A DNA stretch of 63,543 nucleotides, filler included, from Octopus bimaculoides (lineage: Eukaryota): assembly GCF_001194135.2 (NCBI RefSeq). It is 6 parts of 5 records of this genome, joined end to end, with 100 filler letters (N's around TTAATTAATTAA, not from the genome) between each part and the next. Parts side by side here need not be neighbours in the genome. Positions count along the whole stretch, not along the records: positions 46,400 to 54,404 come from NC_069010.1; positions 54,505 to 62,172 come from NC_068985.1; positions 62,273 to 63,543 come from NC_069001.1; 3 more parts are not named here. The stretch is one strand, 5' to 3'. How positions within the stretch are numbered: the first letter of the stretch is position 1; every line of letters starts with the position of its first letter. The notes under the pieces are model-generated. The model was not told the origin of the DNA, searched no databases, and saw only the letters and a program-made list of their open reading frames with translations. Of the stretch, positions 53,596-63,543 are shown one piece after another. The translations under genes and the position numbers were made by a program.

Positions 53596-54747
53596 TGTTG
53601 TGTTGTGTTGATAGACTTGCACTTAAAATCCCCATGTTTTTAATTTAAAATTTGTTAGTTATTATGGTGGTAACACTATTTATCTATCTATCTTTCACAC
53701 ACTCTCTATCACTTTCAACAACTTTTCTCCTCCCCTTCTTCCCTCCTTCTAAATATATGTTGTGACAGGGTTATCACCCCTTTTTCCTCCCCTTCTTCAC
53801 ATATATCTCTTGACGGACAGAGATAGGCTTCTCTTTTATGATATAAGACTGACTTCAGAAAAAAAAAAAAACTCCTTGCTGACCACCAGACTAAATGATA
53901 GAAACTGCCAAGATGGAAGTATGGTCTTATACTCCAGTATTTACATGTTTCTTGTAGGTTCTCTACAAGTCATACTGGCCCCTTGTTGATGATAGTGGTT
54001 TCCAATTTAGACACAAGACCAACATTTCTGAAGGTAAGGGCTTTAGACAATTTCATCAACCCCAGAAATTGACAAGCATTATTGGTAGTTTCTTGCCTGT
54101 TCCTAGTTCATTATTTCCTGTTAGCTCCACCTGCACTAGCATGTCTGTGTCATTGGACATACCTCATGGTAGTTTCATCAGCCGTATGCTCCTCTGCTGG
54201 CTTACAACTTTCACTCCTGTCCACTTATGACGACGAGGGTTCCAGTTGATCCGATCAATGGAACAGCCTGATCGTGAAATTAATGTGCAAGTGGCTGAGC
54301 ATTCCACAGACACTCATACCCTTAACTTAGTTCTCAGGGAGATTCAGTGCGACATAGGATTTGTGACAAGGCTGGCCCTTCAAAATACAGGTATAATATA
54401 TATANNNNNNNNNNNNNNNNNNNNNNNNNNNNNNNNNNNNNNNNNNNNTTAATTAATTAANNNNNNNNNNNNNNNNNNNNNNNNNNNNNNNNNNNNNNNN
54501 NNNNATACACTTTCCAAGCAGTGAACGACACTTGCCAACGTATGATATTTTTTTTGTATGAACGAATATTACTAGGAGAGAACTTCACACGTGAAGTGGT
54601 TAAATCATTATCTGTTTAAGGCAATGATACGTTTAAATTTTGTTATAACATTTAAATTAATATGCAGTTGTACGGTTTCAGTAATACACCAGTTAATACG
54701 ATTGATCCCTTTTGGTCAGCTAAATCGCTGACATAGAATTTCCTCAG

Positions 54748-56021
54748 TTTGTGATCATGATCACCAGTCTTTATGTAAGAAAACAAAATCAAATTTTGAC
54801 TTTTCACATCGTCAAATTTCGTGCGGAGGACAACTTGTATGGAGTGACTCGATGTTTCGGAAAAATGACAGAATCTCCTTAAGAATCCGAAAAACAAAGT
54901 ATCTTTTCAGACAGACACTAAAGGCATGTTATCCTTCGATTGTAGCTGATCAGAAGGTAAACAACGATGGTAAGAAGAACTGAATATTAAGCGAATTGCT
55001 CGATGTATGATTTTTCAAGGTTTTATTTAGGAACAAAGGGCTGTACCTATGGTTCCTTTCTGTCCTTGGAAACTGGTTGCAAACGTATGGTCAATCTTGA
55101 AACCTGGCTCGAAGGTTTGAGACAGTGTGAACTTCCCTGAAGTTATTGGAATGATGCCTTTGTAAATGCATTAGAGTTAAGCCGAGCGACATATTCACAT
55201 CATTTTTACAGGGACTATTTCTGAATTTGAAATGAAAAGCGAAGAGCCGAAACAAACATCGTAAGATATCATTTCTGATTCTCTAAAAGTTTCGAAGGCC
55301 TAATTACCCTAGACACGTTCGTTCACCGATCCCGGAAGTAAATGAAGTAAACTTAACCTCGACGAAAGTTGAATTAAACGAATCAGTGCCGTAATAAATA
55401 TTGGTTGCAAATTTTGCTACAACGCCAGCAAGATCGGGAAGGGGTGTTATATAAAAACAGACGAAATGCCGATAAGCATTTTTCCCGGCGCTGTAACGAT
55501 TCCGTCACCTCACCGCGAAATGAAATTCCACCACTTCTCTAACTACTAACAATTATTTGTCAATAAAACTTTTAAAACATACTTTAACAATGTACTTTTA
55601 TTATTTCATAAATATATTTACGCGTATATTTTCAAATTTCTAAAATAAGACAGTTCTTCACTATTCCCCTGGCACTTGTTCTATATTACTTGTTTATTTT
55701 TGACTCCCCATTAATCAATACAGCATTTTACAATTTATGTTGAAATTTAGAATAGATTCCCTGATTTTTTGAGAACTTATTATCCAAAATACAAATAAAT
55801 TAAAGAATAAAATATTAACTGCGTCAAAATATATGTATTTTACTATGAAATCTGGTTTCTCTTATTGGGCAGTTGTGATTTTGGATCACCTCGTTTTAAT
55901 GTGTAGACCATTACATCGATCCAGAGCAAGCGCACCAGATTTTAAGGCATTCAGTCCACTATATAATAACAGTTATCAAACTTGTGTATCTAAAGGATCT
56001 CCTACGTTTTCATATTATTGA
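54748..56021 (+). CDS. Candidate 3' part of a spliced host gene, product unrecognised. Proposed exons: 54748-54774, 54915-54969 (or 54911-54969), 55031-55084, 55212-55260, 55313-55390 (or terminal, ending at TAA 55394), 55907-56021
   Basis: Donors TAT|gtaaga (54775), ATG|gtaaga (54970), AAC|gtatgg (55085), ATC|gtaaga (55261). Acceptors ttcctcag, tcttttcag(acag), ttttatttag, catttttacag, taccctag, aatgtgtag. Phases chain without stops: FVIMITSLY/TLKACYPSIVADQKVNND/GTKGCTYGSFLSLETGCK/RTISEFEMKSEEPKQT/SHVRSPIPEVNEVNLTSTKVELNESV/PPLHRSRASAPDFKAFSPLYNNSYQTCVSKGSPTFSYY*. No homology recognised; the first and last exons are more tentative. Confidence 0.45.
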
Positions 56022-56714
56022 ACTAAAGAAAGGAAAGTAAAGTGAATATAGGCGAAATTTGAGCTCAAGACGGAAAGAGACCTAAACATAAAAAATATCC
56101 CATATCACAAGTATTTTATTCAATATTCCACCCCCGACTTTGCGAGGTCATTGTTAGTTTTTCCTGCTTTAGATATTCGATTATTTAAATATATTAGCAA
56201 TGTATCATGGCAGTTATTATGAATGCGAACACTCGGCAGGTACTGGTTTATCGACCCCGAAAAGATGAAAAGTTGATCTTGGTGGAATTTGAAATTAGAA
56301 CGTAGAGATAGACGAAATTCTGCTAAGCACTATCCCCGGTGAGCGAAGGATTATGCCAGGTCACCGCCTTAATTAATAATATTGATTGCAAATTTTGGCA
56401 CAAGGCCAGTCAATTATATCGAGCACAATGTTCAACTATTTTATCGAACCTGGAAAGCAAAATCGACCTCTGCGGAACTTGAACTCTGAACGTAAAGGCG
56501 GATAAAATGTTGCACAGCGTGATAACGATTCTGTCAGCTCACCGCCTTTCTGAAATATTGCTACATCCAAGTAATAATGATTGCAAAATTTGGCACAAGG
56601 CCAGTAATACAATAAGACAATAACAACTAACAACAAAATTTAAGCAATAAAATTCTCCCAAAGTCAGAACTTCCACCTAGTGACAAGAAAGGAATCCAAC
56701 ACATCCAAGTCATT

Positions 56715-57000
56715 CCGACCGTCAAGGAGACCTCAGCGGATACCCCTCACCTTCTGAGCACCTCCAGCTCACAAGCGTATGTTCAGAATAGGCCCATTCA
56801 CACGGTAGAGTTCTATGGTTCGCTGTCCTCTGTGTGAAGCAGAAAGCTCCTAGTGGCTAGTGTCCTCATACAGGTGGCACCGTGAATTTCCACACTCAAC
56901 GGAAATATGCAGCTCTTCCCCTCCCGGAATGCGAACATGATCTGGGATGTTGTGGATCGTGTCTGGTTTAATGTGGAGTAACACCTCCACACTGATTCGA
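56715..57000 (-). mobile_element. Possible Tx1-type ORF1 remnant
   Basis: Minus strand reads HVRIPGGEELHISVE..RCHLYEDTSH, a decayed zinc-knuckle-like motif. Confidence 0.35.
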
Positions 57001-57323
57001 GATCAATTTTTAAGACTGGTCCACTTCACATCTAGGAGGCTATTATTCCGTTCCAGTACAATACACGCTAAAATCTACACCGTTCTCCTTCCTAAATACG
57101 ATAGATAGAGCACATATACACCCCCCCCCAACAGCGAATCACGGTGTAGTTGGTAGCCTAAGATTCAGTTTTAAATAGCACTGACATGCCCGAAAAATGC
57201 TCGGCTTTCCGTAAAAAAATAGGCAGTTAGCAACTTCTGGAGATACAAATTAAAATATTAAACTTATGAGCAAGAAGACACGCATGCTTACGGTACGAAC
57301 AGTAACAATAATAATAATACAGA

Positions 57324-57830
57324 ATGGAGTTCGGACTGGAATGTATGGACGGACTAACGATACGGTCGGGGGAGGTTATGAAGCAGATAAAAGAGACGGG
57401 CTATAAGTACTTGGGGATTTTGGAAATGGATAAATTGACGGAGAAAGACATGACAGAAAACTTTAAGGTGGTGTACAGGCGCAGACTGAGACTGATCATT
57501 AAGTCGAAATGAAACGGACGGAATACGATGGAAGCTTTCAACATCTGGGCGGTTTCACTCCTTAAATATGGAGCAGGGGTAATCGCATGGACAATACACG
57601 AACTAAACAGCTTCGATATAAAGACAAGGAAGTTGCTAACTAGATATGAGTCACTGCACCCAAAAAGTGACACAGACAGACTGTATGTACCAAGAAAAAG
57701 AGGTGTAAAAGGACTTATTGGATGCTAAAACAACATAGCATGGTATGTAAAAATGCCACAAAACTGCTATTTTTAGTAGTAAGAATATCAGGCTTGTGTT
57801 GGATGAAAAATTGCAAACACAAAGCACTAT
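57324..57830 (+). mobile_element. R4/Dong RT fossil (post-YADD region)
   Basis: MEFGLEC..YKYLGILE..YRRRLRLIIKSK*NGRNTMEAFNIWAVSLLKYGAGVIAWT..LHPKSDTDRLYVPRKRG..GL. Confidence 0.88.
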
Positions 57831-57924
57831 ACAAGAATTTCTCCACCACTAATTTCTCCGAAGAACCAAGTAAAGTGTTGGCGAAAAGCCTCACACNNNN
57901 NNNNNNNNNNNNNNNNNNNNNNNN

Positions 57925-58980
57925 ATCGAACTGCGGTTTTGTTACCACGCTGCGTGTCCGTCACGCGGGCCCATCGAACAACTTTCATCCCCGTATTTCT
58001 TAAAGCTCGCGCCTTAACTCTGACAATGCATCCTTCATGTTTCGCGTTGAAGAACTGGTCTAATGTCATTCTAGCTGCTAGCACGTCGGTTACAATCTCA
58101 CTACAAATAACCTCGTCTAGTTTAGCTATTAGCCCCTCCTCTTTTCTATTCTTTATAACATTATTTCTCTGCTAAACCCTATCGACATTGATCTCCCTTT
58201 TGAGAGCCGCCCATCCCCTGTCAACTTCTGATTAACTAAATTGCTGACCCAGTCCCTGTAAGACTTACATGCTGGGAAAGACGTCCAGCTTCCACTAACC
58301 GGCTCCTAGTCAACCCGTCTTATCTAGGTCGACAGATTACAAACTTATGATCTGAATAGGAGACCGATTTTAAAAAATGGACAGCCTACACTTATACTAT
58401 CTAATTTCAAGTGCAAATCATATATATACGATCTAGATAATCCTAAGCAATTGGTCCAGGTCCACAGTGGCGCTTCAGGGAAATTTCGTCGTCAGACAGT
58501 TGGAATTGTCTGATCAGGTGCTTGAGGCTTTTGCATCCCACTCTTCTATTAGATATTCCCACCCAATCCCAACGTTGATCTAAGATTCTGTTCCAGTCCC
58601 CTACTACCAGTAAAGGGCGAGACGTACCTAGAAAGGCTTCCAGATGCCTAAAGAAATCTGGCCATTTGGCTCCGGTAGGAGCGTAGACGGTCACCAATCT
58701 AAAGACACTATCTTCACTGTTGCTCACGTCCGGGTCCCGGCAGATCGACTTTACCTCGAGATCGAGTTCTTTCTAAACAGCACTGCCTCTCCACTTCCTG
58801 TTCCCGGCCGACTAACAAATGCAAGGATCTGATAGTCGTCGAACATGGGGGCCAGTGCGCGTGTATTGAAAATCCTGGCTCCACTGAGAGCAATTATATC
58901 CAGTTCTAGAGACCTGAGGTTGTTGAGTAGGCGTCTCTGCTTCCAGGGTGATTCCAGGTCTCGCGCATTCAAAAATCCTA
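57925..58980 (-). mobile_element. Tx1/L1-clade LINE ORF2 5' part (APE endonuclease plus linker), frameshifted
   Basis: NARDL..LRSLELDIIALS..GSGEAVLFRK; FRLVTVYAPTG..PLLVVGDWNRILD..D; KHEGCIVRVKAR..RWARVTDTQRGNKTAVR. Confidence 0.88.
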
Positions 58981-59597
58981 CTCTTAGGCCGAATTTGAAT
59001 TCAGAACGTAGCGGCAGATGAAATGCCGCTAACCATTTCGCACGGCGTGCTTCCGATTCTGCCAGCTCTTAAAAATAATANNNNNNNNNNNNNNNNNNNN
59101 NNNNNNNNNNNNNNNNNNNNNNNNNNNNNNNNNNNNNNNNNNNNNNNNNNNNNNNNNNNNNNNNNNNNNNNNNNNNNNNNNNNNNNNNNNNNNNNNNNNN
59201 NNNNNNNNNNNNNNNNNNNNNNNNNNNNNNNNNNNNNNNNNNNNNNNNNNNNNNNNNNNNNNNNNNNNNNNNNNNNNNNNNNNNNNNNNNNNNNNNNNNN
59301 NNNNNNNNNNNNNNNNNNNNNNNNNNNNNNNNNNNNNNNNNNNNNNNNNNNNNNNNNNNNNNNNNNNNNNNNNNNNNNNNNNNNNNNNNNNNNNNNNNNN
59401 NNNNNNNNNNNNNNNNNNNNNNNNNNNNNNNNNNNNNNNNNNNNNNNNNNNNNNNNNNNNNNNNNNNNNNNNNNNNNNNNNNNNNNNNNNNNNNNNNNNN
59501 NNNNNNNNNNNNNNNNNNNNNNNNNNNNNNNNNNNNNNNNNNNNNNNNNNNNNNNNNNNNNNNNNNNNNNNNNNNNNNNNNNNNNNNNNNNNNNNNA

Positions 59598-59697
59598 AAC
59601 ATAAGAGCACCTCAGCAAACCACAGCACATACCCAAGGCGCACAGAGCTGCGCTCGGTAGTGAAGTGAAAGCACGTTATAAAAATAAACTACTGAAC

Positions 59698-59772
<75 letters not shown>
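59598..59772 (+). mobile_element. R4/Dong 3' UTR copy with (AAT)n tail
   Basis: cataagagcac..gcaaaccacagcacatacccaaggcgcacagagctgcgctcggtagtgaagtgaaagcacgttataaaaataaa matches 41854-41950. Confidence 0.8.
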
Positions 59773-59773
<1 letters not shown>

Positions 59774-60215
59774 TATCATTACTATACATTTACAAAAAAT
59801 ATTTTAATTCTCGGGATTTGATATTTTTCTTTTTTCCCCATGTCAAATTTGGCAGGTTACACCTGAATGTATATTATCATGTATATAAATCTGAATATGC
59901 GCATAAAGATGTAATAGAAAAAATAAAGCATTCTAAAATATATTTCTGTAATAAATAGTATGCTGTAACACATTATTTCAATATTTCCTAGTTCATGCGT
60001 ATTCACTCGTGTGCAGAGAGATTTTGTTGAGTGGTGCTATATTTAGTACACGTGCACGCCAGATTTTATTGCGATTGTCACGCTCAATTAATAATTTTTC
60101 GAATATATATATGTACGCATATACAGATACACAGATGCATAGATACGCGCACGATAGACATACAAACTTACTTTTGCACGCATACACAGATACATACATA
60201 CATATATACATATAT

Positions 60216-60279
<64 letters not shown>

Positions 60280-61520
60280 GCACGCATATACGCAAACACG
60301 AATACAGACAGATACACACACAGACATACACACATATACACACACGCCCACGCACACACACTCACACACATACACATTGGATCAACGTTGGTGGCATGGT
60401 GAAGGGATACATACATGCATGGGAAACTGCCAGCCTTCACCATCAATCTTATCTGAGCTATCGTGTAAATGTAGAAACAACTGGTCAACATTGACCGGCG
60501 GAGAGCCAACAAAACTTTCTTTTGAAACTCAGTTATTGAAGAATAGCTTCGTTACATTTCAGTCTCCAACTGGCCCATTACAGATTCCGGTCGCTCCCGT
60601 TGTCGAAAGAGACGAGGTTACCGCATGTTAGAAAACATGCACTAAGAAAGATGGTTCAAATGGTACCATGTAGACATTTCTCTCTTCTATGCTTACAATG
60701 CTGTTAAAAAATCGACGAAATGTATACACACGCATTACGACAAAGTGCTTCTTCCCTGGATTGCCATGCTAGTTCATTAAACACGTAAAGGGTTAGCATA
60801 TTATTTGTTGAGCAGGATGGCTGCTATACAGAACGCGATAACAAGGACTTATTCTGTTTTTTATTGCTGGACAGATTGTTCGAGAATATTTCCAAGACAA
60901 TTCGATTATTTCCAAACAGCTATATATATACATATATGTTTATATATATACATACATATTTGTTTGTCATTTTTGTTTATTTGTTTTTGTTTTTATGTTT
61001 ATTTGTTTTTTGGTTTTTTTTTGTCTTTGTTGCCGTACTTTTGCCTTTGTTGCTAGCTTTCATACAAAGGGCTCTAATGCTCTTAGCCAAGACTTTTTGG
61101 GGGACAACCAGATCCAACCATCTCAAGTGTTACTGCCCGAAATGGTCGTGACTTCTGGGACTTGACTGATGAAAGAAAGCCAAGAATGATCCGTCTTTTT
61201 TACCCGTCCTTCTAAATTGTTGTTTCTCTTGTCCGCCTTTGTATCATCTAACATTTTAATGCCCTCTATTGCATATATATATATACCACCGGCTTCTTTC
61301 TGTTTTCGTTTACTAATTCCACTCACAAGGCTTTAAATAACTCGAGGCTGTAGTAGAAGACACTTGCCCAATTTCCCACGTAGTGGGGCTGAACCCGGAA
61401 CCATGTGGTTGGTAAACAAGCCACTTACCACACAGCAACTCCTGCGCATATATATATTCTTTTACAGGCTTTAGTCGTCATTTCACTGCGGGCATAGAAG
61501 AGCACCACCTTAAACATGCG

Positions 61521-61580
61521 TTCCCATGAAGGAATCGAACCCGGGCTGCCTGGGTGAATGTCAGGAATCCTAAACACTAT
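61521..61580 (-). pseudogene. tRNA-Glu(UUC)-like pseudogene, 5' truncated
   Basis: Reverse complement gtttaggattcctgacattcacccaggcagcccgggttcgattccttcatgggaa resembles metazoan tRNA-Glu GGTTAGGATTCCTGGTTTTCACCCAGG..CCCGGGTTCGA..ATGGGAA; the anticodon stem and T stem are disrupted. Confidence 0.75.
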
Positions 61581-61604
61581 ATATAAATATGTGTGTGTGT
61601 GTGT

Positions 61605-61636
<32 letters not shown>

Positions 61637-62127
61637 ATCTCTGTGTGTGTGTATGTGTGTGTGTGTGTCTTTGTTATTTATGATTTTCATATTACTATTT
61701 GACAGAATCAGTCATACAATTATGTGGCAAATATAAACACATATAGTCAGGAGTTAACCAAACCATCCAGCGTGATGTAGTCACAATGAATGGACATGTA
61801 ATTTTCAAGCAAAAATAGACTAGTATAGTGATCTCGCTATATGTTGGGTGATTATCTCCTCTCTCAGTATATGAAAAATAATGTGCTTATATTTCTAGCA
61901 ATATAGAAGCTATTCGGCACCTCGGTCACTATTAGTAACGACTGAATTTTACTTTTTTGGTCTTATATTGCCTAGAGATGCGTTCGTTATTTCATATATA
62001 TATGTCCTGTTTGCAGCGTTTTATTTGCCACGTCCTGTACCCAGATATGCATCTATATATACAGGTAGTTGTAGGTATGTACATACATGTACGTATATAT
62101 GCATATACTCATTTATTATTTGTATTA

Positions 62128-62172
<45 letters not shown>

Positions 62173-62272
62173 NNNNNNNNNNNNNNNNNNNNNNNNNNNN
62201 NNNNNNNNNNNNNNNNTTAATTAATTAANNNNNNNNNNNNNNNNNNNNNNNNNNNNNNNNNNNNNNNNNNNN

Positions 62273-62612
62273 AATGACAGCGAAACGGGCTGATTACTAC
62301 CTAGATCAGATTCCAGGAAACCCCAAAATGGCTGAAGTTCAAAAGATAGTGCTCATGGGAACTGCCCATATCCTACGTAAAATACTGTCTATGTGATCTC
62401 AAATTTTAAAGCAAACACATAATTTTCTTATGGTTTCTTAAACATTCACTTGAACAAAACTGTACAAATCCAAATATATGGTACCCTAGGCATAACACCT
62501 ACATGAACTTCTAACTTGTTGTCTCTTGAGGTCTCTGGGTGAGACTTGGATCCAACTTGTACAAATGCAAAACAAAAGTCAAACATAAAATAATAATAAT
62601 AATAATAATAAT
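62273..62612 (+). mobile_element. R4/Dong 3' terminal fragment, second subfamily
   Basis: KRADYYLDQIPGNPKMAEVQKIVLMGTAHILRKILSM* followed by a different 3' UTR ending in (AAT)n. Confidence 0.8.
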
Positions 62613-62934
62613 AACAACGATAGGACCTCAAAAATACCTACCTCAGTAGCAAGGAAAACTAATACGAATAGCCACAAAACACGAACAAATCATAAAACTG
62701 TTTTCAGTCTTTAAGGAAACTGACAAGAAGTCATACTACATAACAACTATGAAGAAAAAGAATAAACAACAAAAACTGTAAAACAAATGAAATCCAAACT
62801 AAAACTAGAACAGCAATGGATCATGATAATAGAGAGGGACGTTTTGTCTCATAAAAGTATCAATAAAAGGTGGGTGTATGTAGTAAACATGGCATGCGTG
62901 AATGACGAAACCACTTTGAGCATGATCCTGTAAA

Positions 62935-63013
<79 letters not shown>

Positions 63014-63261
63014 AAACCTTCCTCTCGCGTATTTCTTTCCCTGCCTGAGGTCTTTTTCGTAGGCTTTTCTTTCCACGGATAAAACTAATCTGTTTTACAT
63101 TTTTACTCCCTCTTATTTTGCTATTTACACGTCCAAACGCTTTCGGTCCCTTTTCATCGTAATCGTTTCTTTTTCTTTTCTTTTCATCCCTCTTTCTTTC
63201 GAAAGAAAAGTTCAACATTGTATTGTCTCTCTGTGTTCGGCCGTGTGTGGCTAATAAAGAA

Positions 63262-63300
<39 letters not shown>

Positions 63301-63301
<1 letters not shown>

Positions 63302-63543
63302 GGACGAGCGTGTCTGCATATGCGGACGATGTCACCGTCATAGTGTCGAGCGAAAAGCACGTCGAGATGCTAGGCGAGACACTTAAAGAATACGAAACGT
63401 TGACAGGAGCAAAAATTAACCCGGAAAAGTCAGTGGGTTTGTTACTCGGCACCTGGAGAAGCAAGCCCATACCGTCCAACAGCGACTCCGTAGTGGGACG
63501 CTGGACGGACGAACCGGTTAAACCGCTCGGGGTCTGGTTCAGT
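63301..63543 (+). mobile_element. Tx1/L1-clade reverse transcriptase fragment, open to the window edge
   Basis: 81 stop-free codons: WTSVSAYADDVTVIVSS..LKEYETLTGAKINPEKSVGL..VKPLGVWFS (YADD motif, GAKIN..KS). Confidence 0.92.

Noticed and set aside
53958-54033. Apparent exon (ttcttgtag..GAAG|gtaagg) encoding VLYKSYWPLVDDSGFQFRHKTNISE
   Set aside because: The 3' half is a decayed SINE-B end, and its phase does not join the downstream exon cluster.
55020-55175. Minus-strand open frame GIIPITSGKFTLSQTFEPGFKIDHTFATSFQGQKGTIG
   Set aside because: It is antisense to the better-supported plus-strand exon chain and has no compatible neighbours.

Overview
AT-rich, intron/intergenic-type eukaryotic scaffold; roughly one sixth is N gaps, most of them opening inside microsatellites. 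The repeat landscape is dense tRNA-derived SINEs of about six families, (AT)n/(CA)n/(ATCT)n/(AAT)n microsatellites, and fossils of RTE, R4/Dong, Tx1/L1, Penelope, Ty3/gypsy and Tc1/mariner elements. From recall this looks like an Octopus draft genome, which is an inference and not a search result. There is no prokaryotic-type system (no CRISPR, operon or rRNA), and nearly all ORF-track entries are artefacts of N runs or simple repeats. I found no intact, clearly novel system. Best leads: (1) a compact cluster of phase-compatible GT-AG exons at 54.7-56.0 kb encoding an unrecognised protein segment; (2) minimal type I hammerhead-ribozyme motifs in a Penelope-like short repeat, with a third copy that starts at the predicted cleavage site; (3) an RTE LINE with a twin-priming-like 5' inversion; (4) tandem SINE multimers with a recurrent junction; (5) several hairpins and MITE-like elements, one carrying TTAGGG repeats. 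Five identical N44-TTAATTAATTAA-N44 blocks are synthetic scaffold spacers.
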